IMG/VR virus record: IMGVR_UViG_3300020577_010124
Span: 64,001-128,000 of that record
DNA from: a virus
Lineage: Duplodnaviria > Caudoviricetes
Strand: one strand, 5' to 3'
DNA: 64,000 bases
Every line of letters starts with the position of its first letter. Positions within the stretch are counted from its first letter, which is position 1. Positions 10,274-20,106 of this stretch are shown here, in pieces. Position numbers and translations under genes: made by a program. The notes below the pieces were generated by a model, which had not been told where the DNA came from, did no database searches, and saw nothing but the letters and a program-made list of their open reading frames with translations.

Positions 10274-11367
10274 TACCGCTTGAATACATAGCCTTCATGA
10301 ATGAAACAGGGTATGGTCAGGCTGCGTTCGATTTGATTTCGGCGCTTGAAGAAACATCCAAATATGATATTAGGCTAGTTTCCTTGAATGGAACGGTTTC
10401 TCGTAATTTCTTGTGCAAGCAAAGCTATGTCAAGATGGATTCTTTGGTCAAAAAGCCAATCAATCATAAAGCCATTCAGATCTATCATTGTATACCGCCT
10501 ATGCAGATGAGGCTTCCTAGAACAGAAAAATCCCTTGGCTTTGCGACTTTTGAGACATTCGAGCCTCCTCAAAAATGGATTGATATGCTCAATCGTCTTG
10601 ACGGAGTTGTTTGTCCTTCAGAGTTCAACTATAAGGTGTTTGCTCATGCAGGCGTTAAACGACCGCTTTTCCGCATTCCCCATTGCTATAACCCAGTCGT
10701 TTGGAATGATCGAGTAAAGCCATTGAACAAGTTTGAACGCTATACATTCTTATTTATAGGGACTTGGCGAAGACGCAAGGGGTGGCCCGAGCTTATAGAG
10801 GCTTATCTTAGAGAGTTTAGCGAAACAGATCCAGTTCAGTTGATAATCAAAACTGATAAAATGCAGCTTGCAAGTCAAGATATAGAAAAGATTAAGACAA
10901 ATATTGGAGTAAAAAAGAACTATCCTCATATAGCATTCGAACGTAGAGTTTTTGACGATCTAAGCCTCCCTATGTTTTATAAATCAACGGATTGTTTGAT
11001 TATGCCTACATTGGGTGAAGGATTTGGGCTTCCAGCGCTGCAATGTATGGCTATAAAGATTCCTGTTATTGTAACAAACTTTTCTGGTTGCCAGGAATAT
11101 GCTTCGGAAGAAAGATGTACGTTGATTGAGCCTTCTGGCTTTATGCTCCATTCGAGCATGGACCAAATAGTTCAGTTTGCAAATAAGAAGTGGCCGCATA
11201 TAACCATTCAATCAGTACAGAATGCTATGCGAAGCGTTTTTTCTAAAAAAGACGAGGCTAAAATCAAAGCCGATAAAGCATATGAATATGTCAATCAAAA
11301 CTTCACATATAAAGTCGCAGCAAATAGCTTTCACAAGATGATGGAGAGTATTTACGGTGTCAATTAA
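10270..11367 (+). CDS. GT-B fold glycosyltransferase (GT4-like)
   Basis: TGYG at the N-terminus, VVCPSEFN, FLFIGTWRRRKG, and D...PTLGEGFGLPALQCMAIKIPVIVT. ATGA overlap with the upstream gene. Confidence 0.9.
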   Translation: MIPLEYIAFMNETGYGQAAFDLISALEETSKYDIRLVSLNGTVSRNFLCKQSYVKMDSLVKKPINHKAIQIYHCIPPMQMRLPRTEKSLGFATFETFEPPQKWIDMLNRLDGVVCPSEFNYKVFAHAGVKRPLFRIPHCYNPVVWNDRVKPLNKFERYTFLFIGTWRRRKGWPELIEAYLREFSETDPVQLIIKTDKMQLASQDIEKIKTNIGVKKNYPHIAFERRVFDDLSLPMFYKSTDCLIMPTLGEGFGLPALQCMAIKIPVIVTNFSGCQEYASEERCTLIEPSGFMLHSSMDQIVQFANKKWPHITIQSVQNAMRSVFSKKDEAKIKADKAYEYVNQNFTYKVAANSFHKMMESIYGVN

Positions 11368-14300
11368 ACTTAAGCTACAACCATTCAGCGCTTCAATCAC
11401 TAACACGAAATCAATTTCGTTCAAGCTATCAAACTTGAAGAGAGACAAGAGCTATCGTATATCTTTTGAGAATGCCACTCTTAATCGAGCAATAAGAGTT
11501 GTCTCGTCTAGTAATGGAACATTTGCTGGGGATAAGATCTTCATTCAGAATGTAGAAGAGGTTGAAGGTAAGATTGACCTTTCTCTATACGAATCAGACG
11601 CTATTAGCGTTGTGTCTATTTACGCAAATATAGAAGAAAAGAATGACAGTGATATATGGAAGCTATCTGATATAGCAGCTTTTTCTTTTCAGATAGAAAA
11701 CTCTAAGGCAAGCGGAACCGAGAAGGTTTCCGTATATCCTCCGTTTGTTGGTCCAGAAGACAAAGCAACAGTAATCGTACAAACTGATCCAAACTCGAAT
11801 CTTCAAGTTGTAATTAACAATAAGAGATTCGTTGTCAAGGCAAACTTTAGCGGACAGGGATCTATCTCTTTTAGGCCTATAGATGTTTTTAGCGGTAGTC
11901 CAGCGTCTGCTTCTGCATTGCAGAAATACCCAGTCTACTATAGTAAGTCTAAAGACAACTATACAGAGTTGTATGATTCTGGGGTTTTTGTGCATTTCGT
12001 GCCAGAATCAATGAAAGCTTTACAGGCGACTAACGATCCAGGCGCTCCTGCTTGCGCTATTATTGATCCAACACCAGGCCAAGGCCTAACCATTAACAAG
12101 CTTGATGATTTTTGTATAGACGGATCGGTTGTTGGCCCTCTTTCGATTTTTGATACCGACAGCGAAGACTCTAACTTCTATAACTCGCAAGTTGGATTTT
12201 GCGAAGACATTCAAAAAATCTATCCTGTAGAAGACCAAGAGAGCGTCTGCCGTATATTCAACTCAACATCTTCAACGATTCTTCCTAATGGATCAGCCCT
12301 CGTTGCTTTTGCCTCGCAAGAGACTTTTGCCAATGATCCTTATACAATTCCTACTCTTTCAAGTCGAATATTTGTAGCTCATATCCCTACGTCCCTTAAG
12401 TACAGTGGCAATTTGGTTCGAGACGGTACGGTTATCAAGCCGCCAGCCTTTTATCATACAGCAACTCCATTGGGCATTTCAGACGGAGAGAAATATAGTC
12501 TTACCTTCAGATTTGAGGATGGCTCGTTGTTTGAGGTTCAGCATGAAACAACTAGCAGTTCTATATCTGAGTTTGTTCAATACTTTGTTCAAACAATCAA
12601 TGATAATGAAACCCTTAGTCTTGAAGGCGTTAAGGCAGTTGACCAGGGAACGTTCATTGAACTAAAGTCTGATTTTAGATTTACTATTCGAACAGAAGTC
12701 TTGTCTGGCGACGGAACGTTTACGGCAAAGCTTAGAATAAACAAGACTCTTGATATTTTTACGGACTCGTCTGCAATCTTGGATCAAGGTAATACCCTTG
12801 TGTTCTTGTTCCCAAGATTGGGCTATCAGTCTCATACTATTGTTTCTAGAGATACTGTAAACAATATCATTAGAATAGAAGTGCCAAACGGATTCAATAA
12901 CGATATTGGACCAAATATAGTTTCAAACTTGTATTGCCAACAGTTTGTCATTGTAGACACAGAAACAGATCAGCCAGTTACAGATTTGGTTGAGGTCAGT
13001 CCTTTACCATACATATATGATATCTTCACAAGAGAAGTTTCAGCTATTTATCCTGTCATAACAACTAGAACACTAGAATCAACAGGAGAAACTATAGCCT
13101 ATGTTGTTTGTCAGTCTCCTGTTAATGGCGTGTATCAGTTGTTCTATTATTCATTCAGAGTTGGTAGCGCCGCAGAAACTCCTGGTTGGAAACAACTAAC
13201 AAGTACAAAAGAAAACAAGAATGCTCGTATTAAATGCGATAGCATTGGTAATCTTCATATAGTTTGGGAATCAGATAGATTCGGCGCTACACAAATATAC
13301 TATGGCATACTTGGACCTTCTTCAAGAATAATCAATAATCAAGCATTGATTTCGGCAATAGATAAATCTTCGGAAGCTACGCTATCTACTCCAATTCTCA
13401 GTATTTCAACACCTACCGCTATTCAAAGCTCTTGGACTCGTTTGATAACAAATGCAGGCAAGGTTTCAGTTCCTTCTACCAATAAGGTTGTTGTAGACGG
13501 AAATCCGTTTACAGACGGCGCTATGGCTTTGTATAGATTGACAACTGACGAGTTTGGCAAAGCATTCCCTCATCATTTTGGGCAGATTAGTTTTCAAGTT
13601 TCTTTTGATTTCAAAGTAGACGGAGTAACTTCTAGCGTTTTGGGCGAAGACGATATTAAGAAAGAATTTGAAGATTGGGTTGGACAGTTTGCCCCAGCAG
13701 GCGACAATAAGTATTCAAGAGACAACAATCTCTATACTCTTGATCAATATGCGTCATATTTTGATAGCATGATTCCTATTTTGGGATCATACAAGATACC
13801 GTCTTCTTCAGTGAACATTGTTACAGGCGGCGCTACTGTTACAGGATACAACAACATAAGCGGTAATACTCATGGAGAAATGGGCAGTCCTGCTACCGCT
13901 GCTCACCCAGCGAATATCCGCCATTATATGCTTGCAGTAATGCCAGAAAAGATAAAGTTCAGAGCAAAGAATGCTGAAGCCTATTTCCAGTATTGCGAAA
14001 GAGTCGGAGCAAACTGTGATGGATATATTAATGAGATAGAAGATATCATCTATACAGGTCGTTTCAAGTTAGCTCTTGTTTTGGCAACGAGCGAAAATGA
14101 AGGCACGGGACAAGTTGCTAAGAAGCAGTTCTCTGTTACAAGATTGTTCGGAGACTTTATTGATTTTAGAGCATTCAAGAATATCAAGGTTGCGGTACAC
14201 TATGCAAAGATGTCGCTAGATCAAATCAACGGAGTTCTAAAGCGAGACAAGGAAGTTTTTGAGAATGAGATACGATTCCATAGTAATATAATCGTTACTG

Positions 14301-17300
14301 TTGATAATGAAGCCGTCCTAGGGCAGTCGTTTTTTGCTGATTTTACCGACCAATATGGACAGTTTGACATAGGACTTGGTATGCCTTATGGCGATGGGTT
14401 TGTAACAAATGAATCTATTCCATATCAAGGTAATCTATATGAAGACAAAAAAGTAAGACTCATATTCAATAGTGTAGCTATTGGTCCTCACTCTATTCGG
14501 GTAAATAATAACTATGTTGATGTGTCTTCTTTTGATCGCAATACTAAGCAGATGTGCGTTCATGAAAATACAAGTAACATTCTTACAAACTCTAGTTTTG
14601 ATACGTCAATTTTGCCATATGCAATCGAGACAGCGTTGTTTGACGGATATGCGGCTGTAACCGATTGGACCGTAATAAACGGAGCAATATACAGAAAAGC
14701 CTCAGGAAACTATACTGCTTCTCCTTATACGGGCTTTAGACCAACGGACGGTGAGGCTTGGATAGAATTGACGGGTAGAACTTCGGGAGCTACTGTTTTC
14801 AAGGGCGGTATTTCTCATACTTTCCAAACAAGCATTGGTAAGTCATACTATGTTTCATTTGATCTTTCTAACAATCCAAATAGCTATCTTCAAGGTTCTA
14901 CAGTAACAAAGAAAGTAAAAGTTACCGCTGCTGCGCAATCGGAAACTTTCTCTACAACATTGTCTTCAACCGTTGCTTCTAGCATGAACTGGAAGACGCA
15001 GAACTTCATTTTTGTAGCAACGTCGTCGTCTACAACTCTTGTTTTTGAGAATGCTTCAAATCAATACGGAGATAGTCGAGACATTACTTATGGTCCTCAA
15101 ATTGATAGAGTTCTCATTGTTGTTGGCGAAGATTTGAATACAGAATACGCTTCTTATTCAACAGCGGAAAACTTGGGCATAGATCAAAACGAGTTTGATT
15201 TGAATTATAGTCTCAATGCAACCGACACTTTCTCTCAGATTCCTGTTACGCTCTCCAATACTCTAAGTAATAAAAAAGCTGATCTATGCATAGACAAGAT
15301 AGATAAGGTTCATATCGCTTGGCAGTCTAATAGAAACAACTATTGGGATATTTATTATGCTGGATCTCGTATAAGAAACATTCCTTTCCGTTTTGAAACA
15401 CGAATAACAGGAGCTAACAGCAATAGCATAAACCCTTCTATCAGCGTTGATTCTAAGGGTCGTAGATTTATTGCATGGCAAGATAATCGAAATGGCAACT
15501 TCCAAATATACTCAGCAGTTTCTAAAGTCCAAGACGACATGCTAAGGGATTCTTGTAAGCAAGACGAAGTTGACGAGTTTATATATGAATGGAACTCTAC
15601 ACTTGATCCAACTATTGAACCTTACACAAGCTCTATTTCTCAGTTGAACTGCGGTGTTGAGTTTGAGTTTATCGCTCCGTCAACAGGTTCTTTCCATTTC
15701 CATTTGCTTTTCTATGAAGATCGAGAATATACAAGTCTTTATAAAGCCATAACATCTTCAGACAATCTAGACGGATGGAGAGTCAATGACGAGCAGTTGA
15801 CATATAATGGTCTATCAGCAACTCAAGACGCTTCATATGCAATAAGCTATGTGCCATCATATGAAGATGGTTTGTCTGGAAAAGTTCTGTATGTTGTTGT
15901 TCAATATCAATTGAATGCAAATCCAATAGATCTATCTAAGTCAACCAATGTTCAAGTTGTTCAACCTTATAGCGGTCTTAATTTGCAGACAGGACATTTT
16001 GAGGCTAGCACTCTTGTAAGAGCTATGTTGGAGTTTGATGATATTTCTCCTGTAAGCGTTCGAAAGCAAAGCGCCAGCGATCTAAATGTTTCTCCGTTTA
16101 CGGGAATGTCATTTGTTTCGCCGCTTACTCGTCTTTCTGGCGTTGTTAAGGGAGATAGAGTAAAGAGTATTCTTCTACACTTTGACCCTGTAGGTACGTC
16201 AGGAACTATAACTGCTAAGGTTGCATTTACGTCCCCAATTGCTGCCGTATTTGTAAGCGGTTCTAATCTTGTTCTTAGTCAAAAATACTATGGCTTCCCA
16301 GGCGTTAAGTATTTGGAAACAAGCGCTGCTGGGCTTGAAGCATTTGATACCGTTAGTATTTCTGCGGACAGAAAGACATTAACGGTTCATATGGTTGTAA
16401 ATCCATCCGTGGACGAGATGAGAGTTTTGCTTGAAGACGATACGACAACTATTGGAGAAAATCAGTTTGTATATTACTGTCCAACTGAGCAATCCTCTCG
16501 TTGTGACGCAAACTGTTTGTTTGTCAATAATCAGTCGATTTCCAAGAGCGCCCATTTTAGAGTAACATTCTATGCTGACGCTCAAAGAACAACGCCAATA
16601 ACCTCGTCGTTTACTAAGCTTGACACTTTCGGATGGAAGGCTGGCCCTGGCTCATTCCCAACCAACGGTATAACTGTTCTTTCTGGGCAAAGAGTAAACG
16701 TAGCTTATATTCCAGAAGTTTTGCCGTTTGAGTTGTATGAATCCCAAAGTAAAACAGAAGATAGTAGCACTTTGAGACAGCCTCTTGTATGCGGAGTTAC
16801 ATATCATGTAACTATTGAGAGCTATGTCAATGATACATTTGCGGTAGAGTCTCAGTTTGAGTTCTTATGCCCTTGCAATAGAACTAATGTAGATTTCTGG
16901 AATACGGACAGAGATTCGCAAAACTGGATATGTAGCGGTCAGGGTTTTGAGGATTACAGAATAACCGAAACAGATAATCAATGCTTGTTCCCTATTGTAA
17001 ATGTAACAAGTTTTGATATGTTCTATATTGTTTGGCAAGATTTTAGATTTACTAGAATGCTCCCAACACAGCCAGCAGTATCTCCTGATTATTTTGTAGG
17101 ATTGTATGATGCTTCGGAAGACGTATTCAAATGCTCAGGACAGGGTGGGTATGATCGAAGATTGACGGTCTTTGCAGAAGGTGGAGTTGGAGTTCTTTAT
17201 GACGCTTCTGTTGTTATTGATCCATTCCAAAATATCAATATGATCGTTCACAATGGTAGTGATTTGTATGTTCAAAGATGCAGCTTTGGTTGCAAGATTT

Positions 17301-18478
17301 CGGCAACAAATAAGGATCTCATATTGCCATGCATGTTTACTGATTCTACTGATTCGAGTTTCTTTGTGTTGCCAGATAGCCCCGATAGAGATACTGGGCA
17401 GTATCAGAAAATACGAATAAGTAATAAGTATGTAGCATTCTCTACTTACATGGATCTTCAATCCCCAATAACAGTTATAAATGACTGCTTCATTGAATTG
17501 GAAATTGTTGGAGTTCCTGGCACGTATGCGTATCGTCTTAAGAATGAGAATGACGAAGATTGGACTGAATGGTTGCCTATCGGTCCAGACCTTCCTGCTC
17601 AAACTCAAACAGATACAGAAGCGTCAAAGCCTGAACGAGACTTCTTTAGAGCATACTTCACCGAGAGAGATAAGTTTGTTGCTCCTTGGGTTGCATCCGC
17701 TGGCAATGGTTCAAAAAGAATATGTTGCGAGATTTTGACATTCTTTGGTAAGACAGAAGCTTTCTGTCTTGACTTTATGGCTATATATAATAACCTAGAA
17801 TATAAGGTTGATCTATTCTTTGATGAGGGTTTCCAAAATCCAGTATCTAAGTTCAAAAACTATATGGTTGTAAGCGAGTTCAAAACCGAGACTCCAATAG
17901 ATGATTCTAACTTGACTTCTATAAATGAAGAAGCAACAAAGATAACGACAATCTATGCTAGAGTTGAGTTCAAAGACAAGCAAAAGATACAGCTTGTAGA
18001 AAAACTCCAAAACGTTGAACGGATGGGTATTTCTAACAAAATAACAATGAGCGTTTACCAGCAAGGAATAAATGATCAAATAGGCCTGCAAATGACGAAA
18101 ATAGAAGATGGTATCTATAAGAGTTCGTTCACGGTTGAAGCCAACGATGGCGTAATAAACATTGATGGTCTTGCGGTTATTGTTATTGATGTTCCAGGTC
18201 AATGCAAGCCAGTAACGTTTGCAGATCTTAGCAATAGAATTGGCAGTATTCTTGAAAGTAGAAACTTGGACCAAAAAGTATCAGTCTTTAATAACTTCAC
18301 GGTATTCAGAGAGAAATATCTAGCTGATGATATAAGAGGGTCTTTTGGTTCTCCTGATTACTATAAAATAAGAACATTTGGAGTAGGTGGAAAGAACGCA
18401 GGGAATTTTGATAATACTGAATGGACAGGAGGCGGCGACGGCCCCCTGAACAATAATACAGGATATAAAACTCCCTAA
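11357..18478 (+). CDS. Giant (2373 aa) virion protein with dispersed WxSxR/WxDxR propeller blades, a DUF642-like domain and two HFRxxFY modules
   Basis: Blades LHIVWESDRFG..QIYY, VHIAWQSNRNNYWDIYY, FIAWQDNRNGNFQIY, YIVWQDFR. DUF642-like segment NILTNSSFD...WIELTG...GGISHTFQT..GKSYYVSFDL...MNWKTQNFIFVATSSSTTLVF...GPQIDRV (~14575-15120). GTG start with GGAGAG upstream. Confidence 0.6.
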   Translation: MSIKLKLQPFSASITNTKSISFKLSNLKRDKSYRISFENATLNRAIRVVSSSNGTFAGDKIFIQNVEEVEGKIDLSLYESDAISVVSIYANIEEKNDSDIWKLSDIAAFSFQIENSKASGTEKVSVYPPFVGPEDKATVIVQTDPNSNLQVVINNKRFVVKANFSGQGSISFRPIDVFSGSPASASALQKYPVYYSKSKDNYTELYDSGVFVHFVPESMKALQATNDPGAPACAIIDPTPGQGLTINKLDDFCIDGSVVGPLSIFDTDSEDSNFYNSQVGFCEDIQKIYPVEDQESVCRIFNSTSSTILPNGSALVAFASQETFANDPYTIPTLSSRIFVAHIPTSLKYSGNLVRDGTVIKPPAFYHTATPLGISDGEKYSLTFRFEDGSLFEVQHETTSSSISEFVQYFVQTINDNETLSLEGVKAVDQGTFIELKSDFRFTIRTEVLSGDGTFTAKLRINKTLDIFTDSSAILDQGNTLVFLFPRLGYQSHTIVSRDTVNNIIRIEVPNGFNNDIGPNIVSNLYCQQFVIVDTETDQPVTDLVEVSPLPYIYDIFTREVSAIYPVITTRTLESTGETIAYVVCQSPVNGVYQLFYYSFRVGSAAETPGWKQLTSTKENKNARIKCDSIGNLHIVWESDRFGATQIYYGILGPSSRIINNQALISAIDKSSEATLSTPILSISTPTAIQSSWTRLITNAGKVSVPSTNKVVVDGNPFTDGAMALYRLTTDEFGKAFPHHFGQISFQVSFDFKVDGVTSSVLGEDDIKKEFEDWVGQFAPAGDNKYSRDNNLYTLDQYASYFDSMIPILGSYKIPSSSVNIVTGGATVTGYNNISGNTHGEMGSPATAAHPANIRHYMLAVMPEKIKFRAKNAEAYFQYCERVGANCDGYINEIEDIIYTGRFKLALVLATSENEGTGQVAKKQFSVTRLFGDFIDFRAFKNIKVAVHYAKMSLDQINGVLKRDKEVFENEIRFHSNIIVTVDNEAVLGQSFFADFTDQYGQFDIGLGMPYGDGFVTNESIPYQGNLYEDKKVRLIFNSVAIGPHSIRVNNNYVDVSSFDRNTKQMCVHENTSNILTNSSFDTSILPYAIETALFDGYAAVTDWTVINGAIYRKASGNYTASPYTGFRPTDGEAWIELTGRTSGATVFKGGISHTFQTSIGKSYYVSFDLSNNPNSYLQGSTVTKKVKVTAAAQSETFSTTLSSTVASSMNWKTQNFIFVATSSSTTLVFENASNQYGDSRDITYGPQIDRVLIVVGEDLNTEYASYSTAENLGIDQNEFDLNYSLNATDTFSQIPVTLSNTLSNKKADLCIDKIDKVHIAWQSNRNNYWDIYYAGSRIRNIPFRFETRITGANSNSINPSISVDSKGRRFIAWQDNRNGNFQIYSAVSKVQDDMLRDSCKQDEVDEFIYEWNSTLDPTIEPYTSSISQLNCGVEFEFIAPSTGSFHFHLLFYEDREYTSLYKAITSSDNLDGWRVNDEQLTYNGLSATQDASYAISYVPSYEDGLSGKVLYVVVQYQLNANPIDLSKSTNVQVVQPYSGLNLQTGHFEASTLVRAMLEFDDISPVSVRKQSASDLNVSPFTGMSFVSPLTRLSGVVKGDRVKSILLHFDPVGTSGTITAKVAFTSPIAAVFVSGSNLVLSQKYYGFPGVKYLETSAAGLEAFDTVSISADRKTLTVHMVVNPSVDEMRVLLEDDTTTIGENQFVYYCPTEQSSRCDANCLFVNNQSISKSAHFRVTFYADAQRTTPITSSFTKLDTFGWKAGPGSFPTNGITVLSGQRVNVAYIPEVLPFELYESQSKTEDSSTLRQPLVCGVTYHVTIESYVNDTFAVESQFEFLCPCNRTNVDFWNTDRDSQNWICSGQGFEDYRITETDNQCLFPIVNVTSFDMFYIVWQDFRFTRMLPTQPAVSPDYFVGLYDASEDVFKCSGQGGYDRRLTVFAEGGVGVLYDASVVIDPFQNINMIVHNGSDLYVQRCSFGCKISATNKDLILPCMFTDSTDSSFFVLPDSPDRDTGQYQKIRISNKYVAFSTYMDLQSPITVINDCFIELEIVGVPGTYAYRLKNENDEDWTEWLPIGPDLPAQTQTDTEASKPERDFFRAYFTERDKFVAPWVASAGNGSKRICCEILTFFGKTEAFCLDFMAIYNNLEYKVDLFFDEGFQNPVSKFKNYMVVSEFKTETPIDDSNLTSINEEATKITTIYARVEFKDKQKIQLVEKLQNVERMGISNKITMSVYQQGINDQIGLQMTKIEDGIYKSSFTVEANDGVINIDGLAVIVIDVPGQCKPVTFADLSNRIGSILESRNLDQKVSVFNNFTVFREKYLADDIRGSFGSPDYYKIRTFGVGGKNAGNFDNTEWTGGGDGPLNNNTGYKTP

Positions 18479-18493
18479 CTAGAGGTAAGATAG

Positions 18494-20095
18494 ATGTCTA
18501 CACTTGTAACATATATTGGGAATTATGCCACCTATTTGGGTTCTTCTGCGCCTGCATATGCTGCATGGAATAGACCAGAAAGAATTCTTAATAGAAAGAT
18601 GAACGAAACGGTTTCTACGTCAGCAAGTAGTACCGTTGATGAGTTTAGTACGCATATTTTTGATGCTTGGGCAGCGGGCGATTTATCTTTTCTTTTCAAC
18701 TCTTTTATTATTAGCGTCCAAATTCGAGTTAGATGGGAGTTTATAAAAGAAAATGGAAATGATGAAGCTCATGCAACTCTAGTAGATCCTTTGCTTAGCC
18801 AGGGCGGTGGTATCTTTAGCTTTTCTCCTTCTAACACTGATAACGGTACGCTGAGAGCAAATGATGGTCCACAAATTACAACACTTAATTACACAGGAAG
18901 CAACGTTCCTGATGCAACGCTATTCGGACCAGGAAATCCTATTGGTGAAAATGATCTTGATTTTGCTTGCGCTTTTAATTACAAATCAAATGGCGGCGAC
19001 GGCGGAGATTTGAAAACCATTAAACTCTATAACGTAGAGTTTACGGTTACATATGCTATAGCAGGTATACAGGTAACGTATACTGGAAATTCCATAAGCA
19101 ACAATAACGGTTCTAGAAATATAGGAACATTCGTTCAAAATAGTACACAATCGGTTAATCTCGTTGTTCAAAACAATGGAGATTCTCCATCGACTTTGTA
19201 TATTTATCAGAATGGTATAACAGTAACTGGAAAAGGAAATTTGTCTTCAAATCCTGTTGCTTCTGCTGGTTTTACAATTGCAAAGCCTGGCGGAGCTTCT
19301 TTGAATATTCCAATCACTGTAAATACAGGAACGTTGGGAAGTAATTCAATATCAGTAACTATTGTTAATAATGCTTCTTTTTGTTCGTTTACTTTAGTCT
19401 TTACAGTTTCAGCGGCGGATAGTTTATCGCCAGGTATAAAGCTAACATACGGGGCTTCTTCTATTACAAATGGAGCTTCTGTAAATCTTGGAAACTTTGG
19501 TCAATCAGTAAATAATGATGTAACATTTAGTATTGGAAATACAGGAAGCCCAACGCTTGTTGTGGCTAATAATGGTATTTCTGTAACTAGCTCTGGTAGC
19601 GGCGCTCAGCTTACAACTAATCCTGTAAGCAGTTCAAGCGCTAACGTTGTTACAAATGCTACGATATCTTTTGTCATTCGACTTGATTCAGCATCGCTTG
19701 GTCACAAGACTGCTGTAGTTGTTGTTTCATCCAATGATACAGCGAATTCTCCATTTGTGTTTACGCTTTCTTATAATATCTCATCAGCCTATAATCTACT
19801 TGTTAAAGAAGATGCTATGGAAGTTTCAGAAAATGACATAGTAAATCTTGGATCATTTAATAAGAAAGCAACAATCCTAAAAACAATTTCGTTGAGTAAC
19901 AATGGGATTACTTACAATATTAGAGTTCTTGGGATAACAGCATCAGGTGATCTAACTATAGAAAATATTCCAGCATTGCCATTTGTACTTCAAACGAATG
20001 AAGCAAACGTATCACAGCTTACCGCTAAGCTTTCGTCCGCTGTTCTTGGAAATAGAACGGGCGGAATCACAGTTCAGTGGGAACCTATAAATTAA
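18494..20095 (+). CDS. Putative lectin-like head plus three choice-of-anchor D/ASH-type Ig-like domains
   Basis: Three repeats with N(N/T)G...L and SND...PF.F.L signatures, e.g. FSIGNTGSPTLVV...VSSNDTANSPFVFTL. GAGGT RBS at ~18482. Confidence 0.7.
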   Translation: MSTLVTYIGNYATYLGSSAPAYAAWNRPERILNRKMNETVSTSASSTVDEFSTHIFDAWAAGDLSFLFNSFIISVQIRVRWEFIKENGNDEAHATLVDPLLSQGGGIFSFSPSNTDNGTLRANDGPQITTLNYTGSNVPDATLFGPGNPIGENDLDFACAFNYKSNGGDGGDLKTIKLYNVEFTVTYAIAGIQVTYTGNSISNNNGSRNIGTFVQNSTQSVNLVVQNNGDSPSTLYIYQNGITVTGKGNLSSNPVASAGFTIAKPGGASLNIPITVNTGTLGSNSISVTIVNNASFCSFTLVFTVSAADSLSPGIKLTYGASSITNGASVNLGNFGQSVNNDVTFSIGNTGSPTLVVANNGISVTSSGSGAQLTTNPVSSSSANVVTNATISFVIRLDSASLGHKTAVVVVSSNDTANSPFVFTLSYNISSAYNLLVKEDAMEVSENDIVNLGSFNKKATILKTISLSNNGITYNIRVLGITASGDLTIENIPALPFVLQTNEANVSQLTAKLSSAVLGNRTGGITVQWEPIN

Positions 20096-20106
20096 TGGAG
20101 CAATAA

